Shown here: one piece after another, positions 63,248 through 64,000 of the stretch
Layout of the letters: each line of letters opens with the position of its first letter
Position numbering within the stretch: the first letter of the stretch is position 1
NCBI GenBank assembly: GCA_038046585.1
Contig: JBBSVX010000013.1
Coordinates: forward strand, 6,942 to 70,941
Reading direction: 5' to 3'
Source of the DNA: an archaeon
Lineage (GTDB): Archaea; Iainarchaeota; Iainarchaeia; Iainarchaeales; JAAZKV01
Length of the DNA stretch: 64,000 nt
Made by a program: the position numbers and the translations under genes
The notes under the pieces: model-generated
Seen by the model: the letters and a program-made list of their open reading frames with translations, nothing else
Databases searched by the model: none
Told to the model about the DNA's origin: nothing

Positions 63248-64000
63248 TCACTTTTTTGATTTGTTGTCTTTTTCTTTGAATTCTGCGTCAACGACATTGT
63301 CATCCTTTTCGCCTCCGCTATCTTCTCCTACTTCAGGCTCTTCGGTAACGTTTGTCTTTTCCTGTTGTACTTTTCCGTATACTTCTGAACCTATCTCCAT
63401 GAGCTTCTTGTTCAAGGCTTCGATCTTTGATTTCATTGCCTTGGCATCTTTCTTCTCTTTTGCAAGCTCTTCCTTAAGATCCTTAAGGTTGCTTTCAATG
63501 TCGGCCTTATTCTTGTCGCTTACCTTTCCGGCCAAATCTACAAGCATCTTTTCTGTGCTGTAAACCGTCGAATCGGCTTCGTTGTATATTTCAATTTCTT
63601 CTTTTACTTTCTTGTCTTCGTCCGCGTGCGATTCAGCTTCCTTCTTCATCTTTTCGACTTCTTCGTCGTTAAGTTTCTGCGATGAAACAATCTTTATGCT
63701 TGTTTCTTTTCCTGTTCCTTTGTCTTTTGCGGTTACGTGAACTATTCCGTTCGCATCAATGTCGAAAGATACTTCAATTTGAGGCATTCCTCTTGAAGCT
63801 GGCAAGATACCGGATAGTTGGAATTTTCCCAAAGTTTTATTGTCCCTTGAAAGAGGTCTTTCTCCTTGGAGAACATGTATGTCAACAGTGGTTTGATTGT
63901 CTGCCGCCGTTGAAAATACCTGCGACTTCTTTGTCGGGATTGTTGTGTTTCTTTCAATTATCTTTGTTGATACTCCCCCGAGAGTTTCAATTCCTAAGCT
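63248..64000 (-). CDS. dnaK: Chaperone DnaK (Hsp70), C-terminal part; N-terminus lies beyond the window end
   Basis: ...[60 protein letters not shown]... is the Hsp70 substrate-binding domain/lid. The frame is open to position 64000. The 'M' at 63832 on the track is a TTG inside the gene. Confidence 0.95.
   Translation of the reverse strand, partial: SLGIETLGGVSTKIIERNTTIPTKKSQVFSTAADNQTTVDIHVLQGERPLSRDNKTLGKFQLSGILPASRGMPQIEVSFDIDANGIVHVTAKDKGTGKETSIKIVSSQKLNDEEVEKMKKEAESHADEDKKVKEEIEIYNEADSTVYSTEKMLVDLAGKVSDKNKADIESNLKDLKEELAKEKKDAKAMKSKIEALNKKLMEIGSEVYGKVQQEKTNVTEEPEVGEDSGGEKDDNVVDAEFKEKDNKSKK

Noticed and set aside
1-64000. Search by eye for tRNA, rRNA, CRISPR repeats, IS/transposase or integrase genes
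   Set aside because: No cloverleaf-like GC-rich 70-90-nt intergenic segments were seen. There are no regularly spaced direct repeats and no transposase, integrase or Cas motifs. The only mobile element seen is the orc1 intein.

Overview
AT-rich archaeal genomic fragment with no rRNA, tRNA, CRISPR array or IS element detected by eye. The archaeal assignment rests on the gene set: aCPSF1/FttA, proteasome beta subunit, PolD DP1/DP2, Orc1/Cdc6, NAC, S3Ae, S15, Bud32, CarS, SecDF and UPF0147. Coding density is high, and Shine-Dalgarno-like sites upstream of some housekeeping genes contrast with leaderless-looking TATA-proximal starts on surface-protein genes. A lineage such as DPANN is plausible but unproven.

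Other housekeeping calls are serA and a class V aminotransferase (serine pathway), an FKBP PPIase, an orphan radical SAM enzyme, Hel308 helicase, SepF, Nog1 GTPase, DUF92 next to CarS, and dnaJ plus a partial dnaK. Orc1/Cdc6 carries a 364-aa intein in its P-loop. Orc1 and the PolD operon lie within about 10 kb of each other.

The striking content is a cell-surface island interleaved with these genes. Three paralogous genes begin with an EppA-type class III (type IV prepilin-like) signal peptide, xA|QGTIEYL, followed by a conserved about 100-aa pilin-like domain. One carries two LamG lectin domains. One carries Cys-rich repeats and a GLUG beta-helix. The third copy sits internally at the C-terminus of an 890-aa Sec-secreted, membrane-anchored protein, which suggests a prepilin-peptidase-processed polyprotein. 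Two giant paralogous proteins (1653 aa and 2216 aa) share a conserved cytoplasmic N-terminal 'KWY' motif followed by a signal-anchor helix. Each heads a similarly ordered operon with a Cys-rich, C-terminally TM-anchored secreted protein and a further secreted protein. Further Cys-rich surface proteins carry 'CDGxDNDCDG' motifs. A short exosortase/archaeosortase-like membrane protein lies nearby. Together these look like an undescribed surface and host-attachment toolkit.
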